A DNA stretch of 63,538 bases, counting the filler, from Sphacelaria rigidula (Eukaryota): the NCBI GenBank assembly GCA_964200075.2. It is 11 parts of 11 records of this genome, joined end to end, with 100 filler letters (N's around TTAATTAATTAA, not from the genome) between each part and the next. Parts side by side here need not be neighbours in the genome. Positions count along the whole stretch, not along the records: positions 23,145 to 28,829 come from CAXNAA020025265.1; positions 28,930 to 34,614 come from CAXNAA020025266.1; positions 34,715 to 40,399 come from CAXNAA020025267.1; 8 more parts are not named here. One strand, given 5' to 3'. The notes beneath the pieces are model-generated. The model did no database searches. It was not told the DNA's origin and saw only the letters and a list, made by a program, of their open reading frames with translations. Position 1 is the stretch's first letter; each line of letters opens with the position of its first letter. Below are positions 25,197 to 35,895 of this stretch, one piece after another. The position numbers were made by a program, and so were the translations under genes.

Positions 25197-25526
25197 ATGA
25201 TGATCCGAGGAGCCTTATCTCGCACAGGTAGAGTGGCAATTGAATCAGCCACGGCAGCACACACACGACGTGCCATACCCTGCGCACTGCAGGCATGCTA
25301 CCCTAACAGAGTCAGCACCAACACCAATCTATCACGGGCAATCGCGGCCGCACCGCATCGGCAGCAACAACAAACCAGAGCGCTCTCCTATGAGTTCATG
25401 AGTAGACCAGGATTTGGGCTCGGTGGTGGTGGTGGAGGCCGGGGTGGTGGTGGAGGATGGTCAGGAGGCGGCTTGGACCTGTGGCCTGTGACCCATGCTA
25501 ACACTGTGGTCAACGTCTGCCCGCAG
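25197..25526 (+). CDS. STOML2: Stomatin-like protein 2 (SPFH/band-7), exon 1 with mitochondrial-type presequence
   Basis: Arg/Ala/Thr-rich N-terminus, Gly-rich linker, then NTVVNVCPQ|GTACTG donor; joins the next exon in phase 0. Confidence 0.75.
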
Positions 25527-26727
25527 GTACTGACAGAACACAATAGGGGGTGTTATTCGGCGTTGACGGGTGAGAGTAGGGGTGAGGGAGGTCTTCGGTG
25601 CAATGTGTATAGCTGGTTGTAGCTGTTGCTGCCGTGAGATGAACATCACCATAGTGAGAGTACTTCATAGACTGGAGATTTTGTATATCAGAGCAGCTGG
25701 CCTTTTAAACTATCGGTGATGGGTTCATTTTACAAGTGTGTTAACCGCATCCTGTTCAGCGTGTGCCGTTACACCATCAAGAGATACCCCACGTTCATCA
25801 CAACCACACAGGAGTGATAGATAAAAGCAGGCTGGGACAACGACAGTGCGTTGTCGCATCATTCGTTTCGCCTGAAAATCACAATAAGCTACGAACACTT
25901 CCTTGCATTCATTCATGATGCAGAACAGACAGTCGCGACTTCAGGATGTTCGCAAGCGGCGGCGGTTACATGTATATTCTTACAACAATGCCGAACCGTT
26001 CCGAGGATCGATCGGTCACAGCGCAAGTTGCGGATACATCCCTTCCTGACATTATTGATTTAGTACAGTGAAGCAAAACCCCTGCGGATCACAGTTTTTG
26101 GTAAATCTCCGCATTCTTTGGAAATTCGTCGATGGAGCCTCATGTTTAATCGAAAAGCTGTTAAACTAGTAAAGATTCAAGGTCCGTTTCACTGCTGGTG
26201 TACTGTTGATAAAACTGTTACCCCACCATCAATGTTCAACAAGAAAAAAAGTGGACACGTTCAACCTCTACAACGCTTAGTTTGCTCGTTGCACGGCAGT
26301 CTAACGCACTTTTCTTCGGCGAAGTGAATGCTTTTGGTGAAAGACGAAAACCCATGAAGATGTACTATCCATTAGGTCATGATTTGCTGTGTTTGCATGA
26401 GCCAAGCCCAGCCAAAGCATGAGTGAATGAATTTGGCCGTGACGCGTGGCGACGACCGTGATTCGTGATCGCCCCAGCAGCACTTTTAATCATGCATGTA
26501 CTTTGGTATCACACGTCTTAAGCGGGCGTGCCATCTTGTGTGCAATTGTATCGGGTCGGTGCCAACTCGAAAGCGGCGATGGTATTCATCCGTGAGGATC
26601 CCTCCGCACGATAGTCCCGCAAAGTACTTCATTCCACTGGTTTTAACCTTTGTTTTTGCAAAAAACTTTCTGAGTGCCCTTGTTCAAAACTTGCGTCCAT
26701 TCACGCATAGACATATCGTCAATGGTC

Positions 26728-27105
26728 AAGTCCGTGGCCTAATGGTCCGACTGTCGCCTATAGGGTGAAGGGAATGTAGATTCGATTCCCGCCAGTAGCG
26801 GCTACGGTTTAAGAGATGGCCGGGACAAGCCAATTTCTCTCTCTTAAATCCGACTTTCTCTTATACTGTATTGGCTACGGTATAAGAGAGTATTCTCTTT
26901 AACCATATTTTATTTTATGATCATATTCTCTTATACCGTAGCCAATACGAAAGGCCATCAGAGATTGACGCTCTCATCCCAACTACATGCCGCAAGAGAT
27001 TAAGGAGAGTATATCATTCATGTCACGTAAGGCAGCAAGCGTAAGCACCTTGGGCTACCTCCGAAAACCGCTCATTCTCTTGGTTGGCAAGCATGGTGTC
27101 TGCAG

Positions 27106-27157
<52 letters not shown>

Positions 27158-27395
27158 ATTGATGTGTGTGATGCCCGCGTGGTTTCCAGAAGGTTCGATT
27201 TAAGAGAAAATCTCGGAAATGAGAGGGATTCTCTATTAAATCGATTTTGGTCGGGACAAGCCAGTTTCACTCTCTTAATCCCGTACTTTCTCTTGAATAA
27301 GTTCTCTTAAACCGTAGTCGCTACTGTATTTGTTTTCCACCGTCGAAAGCGTGTAGACATGAGGAGACAGGAAGGTAGTCGACCCAGTTTGGAGA
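26728..27395 (+). mobile_element. tRNA-derived SINE family B, interrupted by a MITE
   Basis: Head GTGGCCTAATGGTCCGACTGTCGCC..GATTCGATTCCC (to 26792); body resumes at 27327 (TTCCACCGTCGAAAGCGTG); matches 8165-8326. Confidence 0.65.
26793..27326. mobile_element. MITE with ~24-bp TIRs (CAGTAGCG...) containing a (TG)n microsatellite at 27107-27155
   Basis: CAGTAGCGGCTACGGTTTAAGAGA / TCTCTTAAACCGTAGTCGCTACTG (1 mismatch); internal hairpin of a related motif at ~26868-26948. Confidence 0.85.
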
Positions 27396-28210
27396 GCGTT
27401 GATAGGTGGGGGAGTGCTGATCCAATTCGCGAGATCAAAATCCAAGGTGTGTACCGGGGAGAGATAAAATGATATCTTGAGACCACGGACCCGTCCCGAT
27501 AAAGGGGAGGGGTTTAGAATGTGATTGAGAAAAAATGAACCACCAAGTGCTCCCTGGTCTTGTCACAGTAATGGACGGACGTTGCGAGGTGAGGATGCAC
27601 AGTACATGTTCAGTGCAGTAGATTTCCCCAGAGGTGTCGCATGTTGACATACCAGGAGCCTTCGCCCTGCAATGCCAGGTTTCCGGTCGACCTGTATGGT
27701 ACCCGACACCCGACGTTGTCGTATATGTAGTGGCACCGCTTAACCTTTTGACGGCCGGAGGTGGTCGATTTGTGGAATCGGCATCAGTCACTTGAAAAAG
27801 GACTGAAAATATCGCCGATTCCACGAATGGACCACCTCTGGCCGTCGAAGGGTTGAGAACCTCCTTTTTGGCGTGAGGCTGGAGTTCTTTTTATCCTCTG
27901 TGGGCCACCAACACCCACTTTTTTTCAATGTTTTTACACTCTAAACCTTTCCCCTCCCCCGAGACGACTGACTCCGTGGTCTCAAGGGATCAACATATCT
28001 CTCCCGTGTACATTATACAGGTTCTCGTGCGGGGTTCCTATTCAGGCATCACAATTTGTGTTCAAGTTCTTAACTGCCGAGTTCTAAGTGGTGGTGCTAT
28101 CTTTAGCTTGCCCTGAGATACAATGGCTTTTCGTGGCGTGTCTCGCGTATCTCCCTGTGCGTGTGTATCGTGCTTGGTTGTGTATCTGCTGCTCCGTTTG
28201 TTCCGAGCAG

Positions 28211-28309
28211 GGGGATCGCATGGTGGTGGAGAGGCTAGGAAGGTTGCACTCCATCGAGGACCCCGGATGGTTCATTGCTGTCCCCGTGATAGACAAAATC
28301 GCATACCGG
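28211..28309 (+). CDS. STOML2: Stomatin-like protein 2, exon 2 (SPFH domain start)
   Basis: CAG|GDRMVVERLGRLHSIEDPGWFIAVPVIDKIAYR|GTATGT; typical SPFH VVERxG...PG...PxxDxIxY. A probable next acceptor (TTTTCCACAG) ends at 28823. Confidence 0.85.
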
Positions 28310-28360
28310 GTATGTTTGGAATCCTTCTATTGTGTGTGTTCGTGAACTACACACTCTGTG

Positions 28361-28697
28361 TGACCGGTTGGGTCGCAGGTTCGAATCTCGGAGTGATCTG
28401 GGATTTTTTCTGACACAATGCCCAACAGTGGAGAGCAGATATGTCGTGGGTCCATAAAATTCGACTTGACTGTCGACGAGGGAACGGGACTGCTAGCTGA
28501 ACTCCTCTCGCGATCAAAAAATGAATGCAGGCACCCCAGAAGCAAGATGAAGAACTAAAACACATAAAAAAGGGGGAGAAAAGTCCTGTGTTTGCCTTCC
28601 TCCTGTGTGACCGCGGCTGGTGCGCCCACACATAGTGAAAGGTATAAACCGGCGTGCAAAATAGATTGGATGACAACACAACACAACAAATACACAC
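28361..28697 (+). mobile_element. tRNA-derived SINE family A, 5'-truncated, in the stomatin intron
   Basis: B-box GGTTCGAATCTC, body colinear with 33003-33322, CA-rich tail. Confidence 0.75.
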
Positions 28698-28714
28698 TCG
28701 TTTGCACTTTCGCT

Positions 28715-28790
28715 CTTGGTCAATGGTCAAACGACTGAAAGAAGCAATGAGTGAGTACACCAAACCAAGACCCCCCCCCACACCCACCCA
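28715..28790 (+). mobile_element. 3' tail fragment of the LINE at 47500-50430
   Basis: TGGTCAATGGTCAAAC..AAGCAA..GTGAGTAC plus a C-rich tail matches 50376-50433. Confidence 0.6.
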
Positions 28791-28989
28791 ACCATCCTTG
28801 CTGTGTCTCTTTGTTTTCCACAGGTGTGGNNNNNNNNNNNNNNNNNNNNNNNNNNNNNNNNNNNNNNNNNNNNTTAATTAATTAANNNNNNNNNNNNNNN
28901 NNNNNNNNNNNNNNNNNNNNNNNNNNNNNGCCCCCCCCCCCCCCCCCCCGCCCCCCGCAAAAGCGGTCGAGGCTATCCAGCACCCTTAC

Positions 28990-29190
28990 CGAGAGGCGTT
29001 CGCAGGACTCGATCTAGCGGATATAAGAAGCTGTTGCCGCTCCTCCCCTGCACCACGACAGGCGCCGCCGTTACGTTAGCCGCGTCTACAAACTGGATCG
29101 GGAACAAGGAAACGGGCACATCTGCCGATTTCGTAATGCCGTAGAATCTCGCCGAGTATTCGTCACCGAGCAAGGTGGCGAACTTCTCCC
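28990..29190 (-). CDS. Fasciclin (FAS1) domain protein, exon 3
   Basis: TTCAAG| GEKFATLLGD...SGNSFLYPLDRVLRTPL |GTAAGG; FAS1 H2-like motif; phase 1 matches exon 2. Confidence 0.8.
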
Positions 29191-29713
29191 CTTGAAAAGT
29201 CGCACGGAGGCGAACGAGTGGATCGTGGGGCGGTTGGTGGGGGTACGCGGTTTATGTGTGCCGTGCTTTTGCGCATACACTACCATGCAGTTCCAAATGA
29301 CAAAGTCGTTGGGCGTCTTGACATCAATTGAATTCCCCGAACTCGCGACAGCGGAGACAAAATAGGTCGGCAACAACCGCCTGGTCGGAAAGGAGAGGTC
29401 ACTGCAGGCGACCGCATATTTGCCTGCCTGCGTGTCTCTGTCTGCCTGTTTGCTCCGTATTTCCCCACCTCTAGCGCGCGCTCTATCTCCCCCTTTATCT
29501 GCGCGATCCACTCGTCAAGCGACTCTCGTTTGCAGAAGGCGTCATGCTGGGGGCCTTGTAAACACGTGAGTGGAGCTACTGCCCCGTCCATCCTACCATC
29601 GCCACGGCCGCCGCACTGCTTATACTAGACCAAACGACCATTGCTGAATGTACCTATTGTAAAACAGTACTGTACACCCACCCGTCCGACGCGGTAAAAT
29701 ATTTCTGACTCAC

Positions 29714-29790
29714 CGATGTAAGGCGTCCTTGCGGTAGTTGTTGACACGTGATAGCTCGTAAGACGAGTTGCTGATGTGAGGTCGCTACAC
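29714..29790 (-). CDS. Fasciclin (FAS1) domain protein, exon 2
   Basis: TACAG| CSDLTSATRLTSYHVSTTTARTPYI |GTGAGT; FAS1 YH motif; 77 nt, phases 2/1 fit the flanking exons. Confidence 0.8.
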
Positions 29791-30295
29791 CTGTATGTAT
29801 GCACCATGCGGACGAGTGCCAGACAGAATCAACACAACGACGAAGTATGCATTCAACAAAAACTGGAGGGCCGCTTTTCTGTTGAAATTTGGGTTGCAGA
29901 GATTCAAAATTCGATGTGTGCACATGTCGACGGCATGTATACTAGGGCTACTTATACATATCACGGCGGTACTTGTCGGCATATCCTCCGTGCATTTCGC
30001 TACAGGCCCCGTATCTTAGATTGTGAAGCGCTTCAACTCGAGCCAGAAGGGAGCACTCCCCTCACCGGATTGTTGTAAGGGCACACAATAACGTAAATGG
30101 TGAGCCGTGCGATTAACGCACTCTATAGCTCCACGTGTTTACACGTGGCACCTCCCATACTGCACTGCCTGTTTGGAGTACTATACTCCCGGCGTGCACA
30201 CTACAGCCATCCTGTACGAGACGAACATTTTTGGAGGTGCTCGCCCCTTGGTTTTCCGCAAGCAAACGAAAATTTAGACATATTATCCCACGTAC

Positions 30296-30627
30296 TTGCA
30301 CTCGAAGAGAGTGCCGGCTGCGCATCCCCAACCAGGTTCATCGAACGCGGCATCTGTGGGCGCGAAAAGGGTCAATGGATGCTGCTGAGACTCCCTGAGC
30401 GCGGTCGCGATGGAAGGGTCTGCCGCTTGCAGACAGGCTGTCAGCTTGGCGTAGTTGGGATTTCTGTTGATGGTGTCCCAAAGGGATATTTCCGAGTCTT
30501 CGTCTTCTTGAGTAGTAGTTGCTGTTGCTGTTGCTGTTGATGTTGATGTTGGCGGACTAGCAGTGCAAAAACGAATCAGCAGCAGCGCCCAAAATAACAC
30601 CGCTTTGCAACTAGCAGTGGTACACAT
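30296..30627 (-). CDS. Secreted fasciclin (FAS1) domain protein, exon 1
   Basis: Signal peptide (VLFWALLLIRFCTAS), Thr-rich linker, FAS1 H1 motif LTLFAPTDAAF; donor AA|GTACGT. Confidence 0.85.
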
Positions 30628-31438
30628 AACACCGCAGCTTACGCGCGTGCTTCAATGAGGGCAGAATGTCTTCGCCGCTGGCAGTGCCTCCTGATGTGGC
30701 TGTAGTCCTGCCCTCCGGTGTTGGTGTCGAACCCTCAAATCAAAATGGTTGCTTGGATGCTGCGTACTGTTGTGCTGTTATTTTTCGCTGTCTATTTCAA
30801 CTCCGTACCCATTCCAACACCAGCAGAAAAAAGAAACTGATGAGTCACTTGCACTACTTTTCCCGTCCTGTATTCACACACTTGAGGCATAACGTTGGCG
30901 CTCACTGGCTGGCTCACTACACAACGAGGGATGGACAGATGACTACTGACGAAACGTTCTGTTTTTCATATCATAATTGCTCGTCGTTCAGACCCGTAGT
31001 CGATTACATGTGTTTTTGAAAGATATTAGCGGGCCTGCAAAGGATATTAGATACAAGGATTCTCTAAGAGAACAGACATTTCAGTAGATAACCTGGCAAC
31101 TGAGTGTCATGTAGCATAAATGATGGCACGAAATGGAAATACCCGATGAAATACCTTCAGTTACCACATTTATTAGAGTATGACCAAAAGGGTGTCAACA
31201 GCCCTCTTGATCCATGAAACAGGACCCCCACGTCGCTCGCTCTGTGTCGTCGAAAAAGTACCGTCAAGACGTCATTCACCCTCTGTGAACACCAAGAACA
31301 GGAGCTACTCTCCTGGTGTGGATCTCTGGGGGACTTGACGGAGGGTTGCCTGAGTCTGAAAGGGTTGTAGACCCTCCTACATTTTCCTCCGAACTGATTA
31401 TACTTGAACCAGGATACAGCAGTACAGTTACGAGGATC

Positions 31439-31536
31439 ATGCAGCATCAATACGCCGGAGGTGGGCTAATATTGCCGAGGAGCATGGTGATGGTGATGGT
31501 GGTGCTATTAGCTACCACGTGCTCGGCGTTCGTCTC
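31439..31536 (+). CDS. Plastid-targeted small membrane protein, exon 1 (signal peptide + SA|FV)
   Basis: MVMVMVVLLATTCSA-FVS resembles the heterokont ASAFAP motif; donor TC|GTGAGT. Confidence 0.7.
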
Positions 31537-31987
31537 GTGAGTCGTCCAGGGTGAAAGGGGCATTCGAGTTTGTGGTGCAGACCGACGAAGACATAGTTTG
31601 ATCGTGGAGTTGAGAATATGACATGTTTCGAGCATGCCGCTGGTTCCAACGCAAACGACAGTGTCTGCATGTGGCGACGCGTTTTTTATGACATGTGGCA
31701 TAACGAATGCCGCTCACCGTTTCGGGCGCCCTTGGGTGGTTCCAATCCTTGTTTCCAACATCGTATCTGGTCGTTTGTGGTTGAGGTGTAAACGTTTTCG
31801 GATGCAGACTGCAATATCATTTACACCCTGTAATCCTACCGTTCTGAAATGCAATGCACTGTCTGAACTGAACTGTACTCGGACACTCGATCTGAGCGGG
31901 TGCCTGCTTCAACGACCGAATACAACACCTTTCACCTTTCACCCCTCCCCCCCTCCCTCCTCCTGCCGCCGAACATCTGCCTCTCAG

Positions 31988-32236
31988 AACGACCCCGAGG
32001 GCTATATCAAGCGTGGTGCTTCGTCAGCAGCAGGGATTCACTTCCAGCCAGCAGGGTCGTACTCTGTCAACGAGGCACGTTGGTCGGCAGACGGCGACGG
32101 CGACGGCGGCACCAAGCATGGTGCTGGGGGGAGCGGCGGCGGCGGGATCAGTGCCGGTTGGGGCGCTGGTGTCCTGGGGAATTTCGCTGGCGGAGGAAAT
32201 GTCGCCTCCGACCATGGTCGGTCCAGTCGCGATGGG
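31988..32236 (+). CDS. Plastid-targeted small membrane protein, exon 2 (transit peptide + hydrophobic segment)
   Basis: CTCTCAG| acceptor, phase 2 in and out; Ser/Thr/Arg-rich and acid-free, then VLGGAAAAGSVPVGALVSWGISLA-EE; donor GG|GTAAGG. Confidence 0.7.
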
Positions 32237-32962
32237 GTAAGGGCGCTACGAATTGTTGGATTTGGAGCTCGCGGGGAACGTACGTGAATAAAATCGTCAG
32301 CATGCTGCAGTGTGATGACGCATTTCCCAGCGAAAGTCTGGTGATGAAGTTGGATTTTTCGATATATCGACCAATATGTAAAATGTCCTCTGTATCCAGT
32401 TTCACATGTTGCCCGACCGACTCGTGACTCCTGTTGTAGCCCGTTAATTAGCACACAAAGAAGTCTCATGTGAGGTCATGAAGAACGTGCGGCAAGTACA
32501 TATTAACGATATTGTACCATAGCGAACCTGACGACTTAGTTTTCATGCACTTTTCCCGGGGGGCTGCAGGTTTCCTGGCCTGCTGGCCTATGTTTTGCTG
32601 CCCTGGATGTTGGTGGTGGTACTGTAAAAGGTACTAAGTCCCCGACGATTTACTCACCAACTTCATTTCTCGGGTTCAAGCGTTGCGTCCCTGCATGCGC
32701 GTTGGGTATGCGTTGTTACCTTGGATGGGCGTCGTACGGCCCCCACGTAGTACCCAAAACTTTGAACTTGGTTGGAGCTGCGGTCGGAGCTCGGTGGGGG
32801 AAATCACTCCATCGCTCAGGAATGCCATGGTTTCTATATGTCGTGACCCCTCATCCTAATATTCAAAATATGCTGCAGAAAAAACGTTATAAATGGTATT
32901 TCCGTATCACATCGCGATTGATCACACCACACGCGTGTTTTTCTCGACGCCACAGTGACCCG

Positions 32963-33322
32963 GTCGCCCCGGTGGTTCAGTTGGTAACCTCGAAGCCTTC
33001 CAGCGGTTGGGTCGTGGGTTCGAATTTCGGTGAAGTCACACGATCTGGGATTTTTTCTCACACCATGCCCTTAAGTGGAGAGCGATCATGTCGTGGGTAC
33101 AAGAAATTTGACTTCACGGTCGACGAGGGAAAGGGACCGCTGAACTCCTCTTGCGATAGAAAACAGGGCAAGCACCGCAGAAGGAAGGTGGATCACCTCA
33201 ACAAAATAAAAAAGAAGAAGCTCCTGTATTTGCCTTCCTCCTGTGTGACCCCGGCTCATGCGCCCACAAACACCGGGAGGTGTAGACTGGCGTCCAGAAT
33301 AGATGGGGATGGTGACACATAC
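32963..33322 (+). mobile_element. tRNA-derived SINE family A, full-length copy (intronic)
   Basis: A-box TGGTTCAGTTGG (32973), B-box GGTTCGAATTTC (33017), ~280-bp body, CA-rich tail; four copies in this window. Confidence 0.8.
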
Positions 33323-33814
33323 AAGGCAGTATGCTTAGTTGTTCCTCGGAATTTTCGCGCATGATTCAAAGCATTCAGACCGGCAGTAATCCTGAAAAAT
33401 CCTTTTTTTCTTGTTATGGGTGCTAATTTTGGGGCGATGATCACGGATGTGCTTTGTTTTTCTGTTACCTCTTCGAGCCTAAAACGTTGCAGGGATATAC
33501 GTTCTATAACAGTACATTCTAGAAGTGATTTCCGCCATCTTACCCCGCCCGTCGCACCCCGATACACGTAACACCTTGAGTGCATCCGTCAGTGGTGAAA
33601 CCACTCTACGAAGAAGGGGCAAATGGCGATTGCGCTCGTGTCACGCTTTCCTACTACGGTGTATCCCTGGTATCAGTGATCCCCAGGAGATTTTAATTTG
33701 TTTCACGCACCTCGCTTCTGTTTGTGCCGCTGTGATTGCTGTGTGTTTCTGTCGGGTACAGTACAATCGCGGTGCTTTTCGTCCTCCCTTGCGTGTTTTG
33801 TTTCTCTCTCCCCT

Positions 33815-33848
<34 letters not shown>

Positions 33849-34052
33849 ACAACCCACAACTGACCGGAGACAACACACATACCCGAAGGGCAGAGCACAC
33901 CACCGCCCTCCGGNNNNNNNNNNGGGTCAGTTCCCTCGCGGCGCTTTTCGCCCCCCCCTGCGTGTTTTGTTTTTCTCCCCCCCCCCCCCCCCCCCCCCCC
34001 CCCACCTAATGAATCACACGTGCGTTGTGTTGTTTACCGCATGAAATGGCAG

Positions 34053-34140
34053 GGGGTTGACTATCGTCTTGGCGAGTCTTTTCGGAGCGTTTCTCGTCGC
34101 CTTCTTGGTGACGCGGATGACCCCGGAACAGCTTGACGAG
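34053..34140 (+). CDS. Plastid-targeted small membrane protein, exon 3 (transmembrane helix)
   Basis: GGCAG|G GGG TTG completes the phase; GLTIVLASLFGAFLVAFLVTRMTPEQLDE |GTGATC. Confidence 0.65.
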
Positions 34141-34774
34141 GTGATCATACCGCCCGCCCGTGCACTATTGTACTTTCAAGCACCAGTGCACGCGCGTCAA
34201 TTATTTTACTGCAACACGATTCATGCCTGCACCACAGAAGCTACCTTGTCCTTTCCCGGTGGAAGAAAGCAAGAGTATTAATCTGAACCTATACCATAAT
34301 ATGATTCCTACACATGCCCTAGTCACGCGAGAGGGGACCAACAGTCAGCCTGCATTGCACCACAAGACCACTCCTCGATACCACACCAACTGAAAATATT
34401 ACCGCAAGTCAACCGCGGATGTGAATACTCATATTTCACCCAGGACTGCTGCCGAGATACCCCCCCCCCCTACCCGAAACGGCCAAAAAAAGTGCACGGA
34501 GGCGATGATCATAAATGCCGTTAGAGCTGGTTTCGTGCTGCACAACGCGACTCATTTGGGCGTTAGAGCTGATTTCGGACTGCTACACGCCCCTCATGTG
34601 GGCGAAATTGCTGCNNNNNNNNNNNNNNNNNNNNNNNNNNNNNNNNNNNNNNNNNNNNTTAATTAATTAANNNNNNNNNNNNNNNNNNNNNNNNNNNNNN
34701 NNNNNNNNNNNNNNCGGGAACCGCCACGCCAAGGTTGCCGCGCCCGGCCGGTTCAGCCGCCGCATTGGGGGGGG

Positions 34775-34824
<50 letters not shown>

Positions 34825-34995
34825 CAAATGATGGAGAGAGCCTTTTCTCTAGCCCTCTGAGATATTGTCTCATGTATACTTTCCGCGCTACCATACTACT
34901 CCAACTATCGTGTGGCCGAGGGGCTGGGAGTTTAGAGCAGTACTGCGGATGATGGGGCACCAGTCCCGGGTGTAAGGGGGGAGAGAAAAAAATGC

Positions 34996-35224
34996 TCATG
35001 AAATGTCCTCATCCTGGAAGAACTCGCCTTCCTCTTTGTGCGCGGAGCAGAACTTTGCTCGTCCGCCCTCCCGGCGGAAGGTGGGCCGCTGCGAGCACCC
35101 CGGGTGGTTACATCGACTGTGCTTAAGGTCTATCATGCCCTTCTGCTTGTGCGACGTGCAGAAGCTCACCGGTTGTCCCTCGGCTCCGTACGTGGCCTGT
35201 CTGGTGCACTCGTAATGCTCACAC
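34996..35224 (-). CDS. EsV-1-7 cysteine-rich repeat protein, exon 3 (ends at stop 34996 or at a GC donor after 35028)
   Basis: CTGAAG| CEHYECTRQATYGAEGQPVSFCTSHKQKGMIDLKHSRCNHPGCSQRPTFRREGGRAKFCSAHKEEG; absent from the ORF track (no start codon). Confidence 0.85.
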
Positions 35225-35779
35225 CTTCAGATTAAAAAAAAATGATCCAGTTATGTACGGCGGAGTTGGGGTAGTGGGTTGTTCTTTTAAGAAAGTGTAC
35301 ACGGACTGAAGAAGTATCGCCACACCTTGTTCTCCCATGGCGATGGCTTGCTGTGTCACTCACGGTATTAGGCAGTATTCTATGCTGTTTTCTCAATTCA
35401 TGTCTGCTGAGGATATCACTAGACGAAGCTGTTTTCGATCGACCACCATTTCCACCGAGATACTATCGCGCTTGTAAAATGATGTTCGTGCTTGCTTGTC
35501 GCCTCAAGGTACGCCCTCAATTATCAGCGAAGCATATCGTACTGACTCGTATGCTTATTGGAGAATATCCCTTGCTCTCAGTAATCACGGGTCCGTCTTT
35601 GAGACATGCTCAAGACCGATCGATTTGAAAACGTCATTATTTGCAACCTCCTGTGCGCACGTCACTGTCTTAACGTAGCTCCACTCGTAAACACGAGGTT
35701 TCGCCAGCTGACAAACGAGGATCAGCGTGATCTCGACTGTAGGTTTTACACCGGTGCGGTTGCCAAAAAGAATCCTCAC

Positions 35780-35895
35780 TGTTTTCGTTTTTTCTTGAGA
35801 AAAACGTCGCCATCCTGTCTGTGAAAGAAACAGTGTTGGGCAGCCAGTCCCTCCGGTCCATAAGTGGCGGGCTTGCTGCATCGCGTGGCCTCGCA
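35780..35895 (-). CDS. EsV-1-7 cysteine-rich repeat protein, exon 2
   Basis: AAAAG| CEATRCSKPATYGPEGLAAQHCFFHRQDGDVFLKKKRK CA|GTGAGG; 116 nt, phases 0/2 bridge exons 1 and 3. Confidence 0.85.

Noticed and set aside
29280..29620. Possible additional FAS1 exons (MDGAVAPLTC.., AGKYAVAC..)
   Set aside because: Exons 2 and 3 already join in phase and complete the domain; no motif support
31634..32287. 217-aa Gly-rich ORF
   Set aside because: Wrong frame; splice phases support the overlapping TTPRAISSVVLRQQQ frame
32963..33040. tRNA gene
   Set aside because: A/B boxes are present but I found no convincing cloverleaf or anticodon arm, and it continues into a multi-copy body; called a SINE head
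33765..34005. Tandem duplication with poly-C / poly-Pro ORFs
   Set aside because: Flanks a 10-N gap and homopolymers; probably an assembly overlap or simple repeat within an intron
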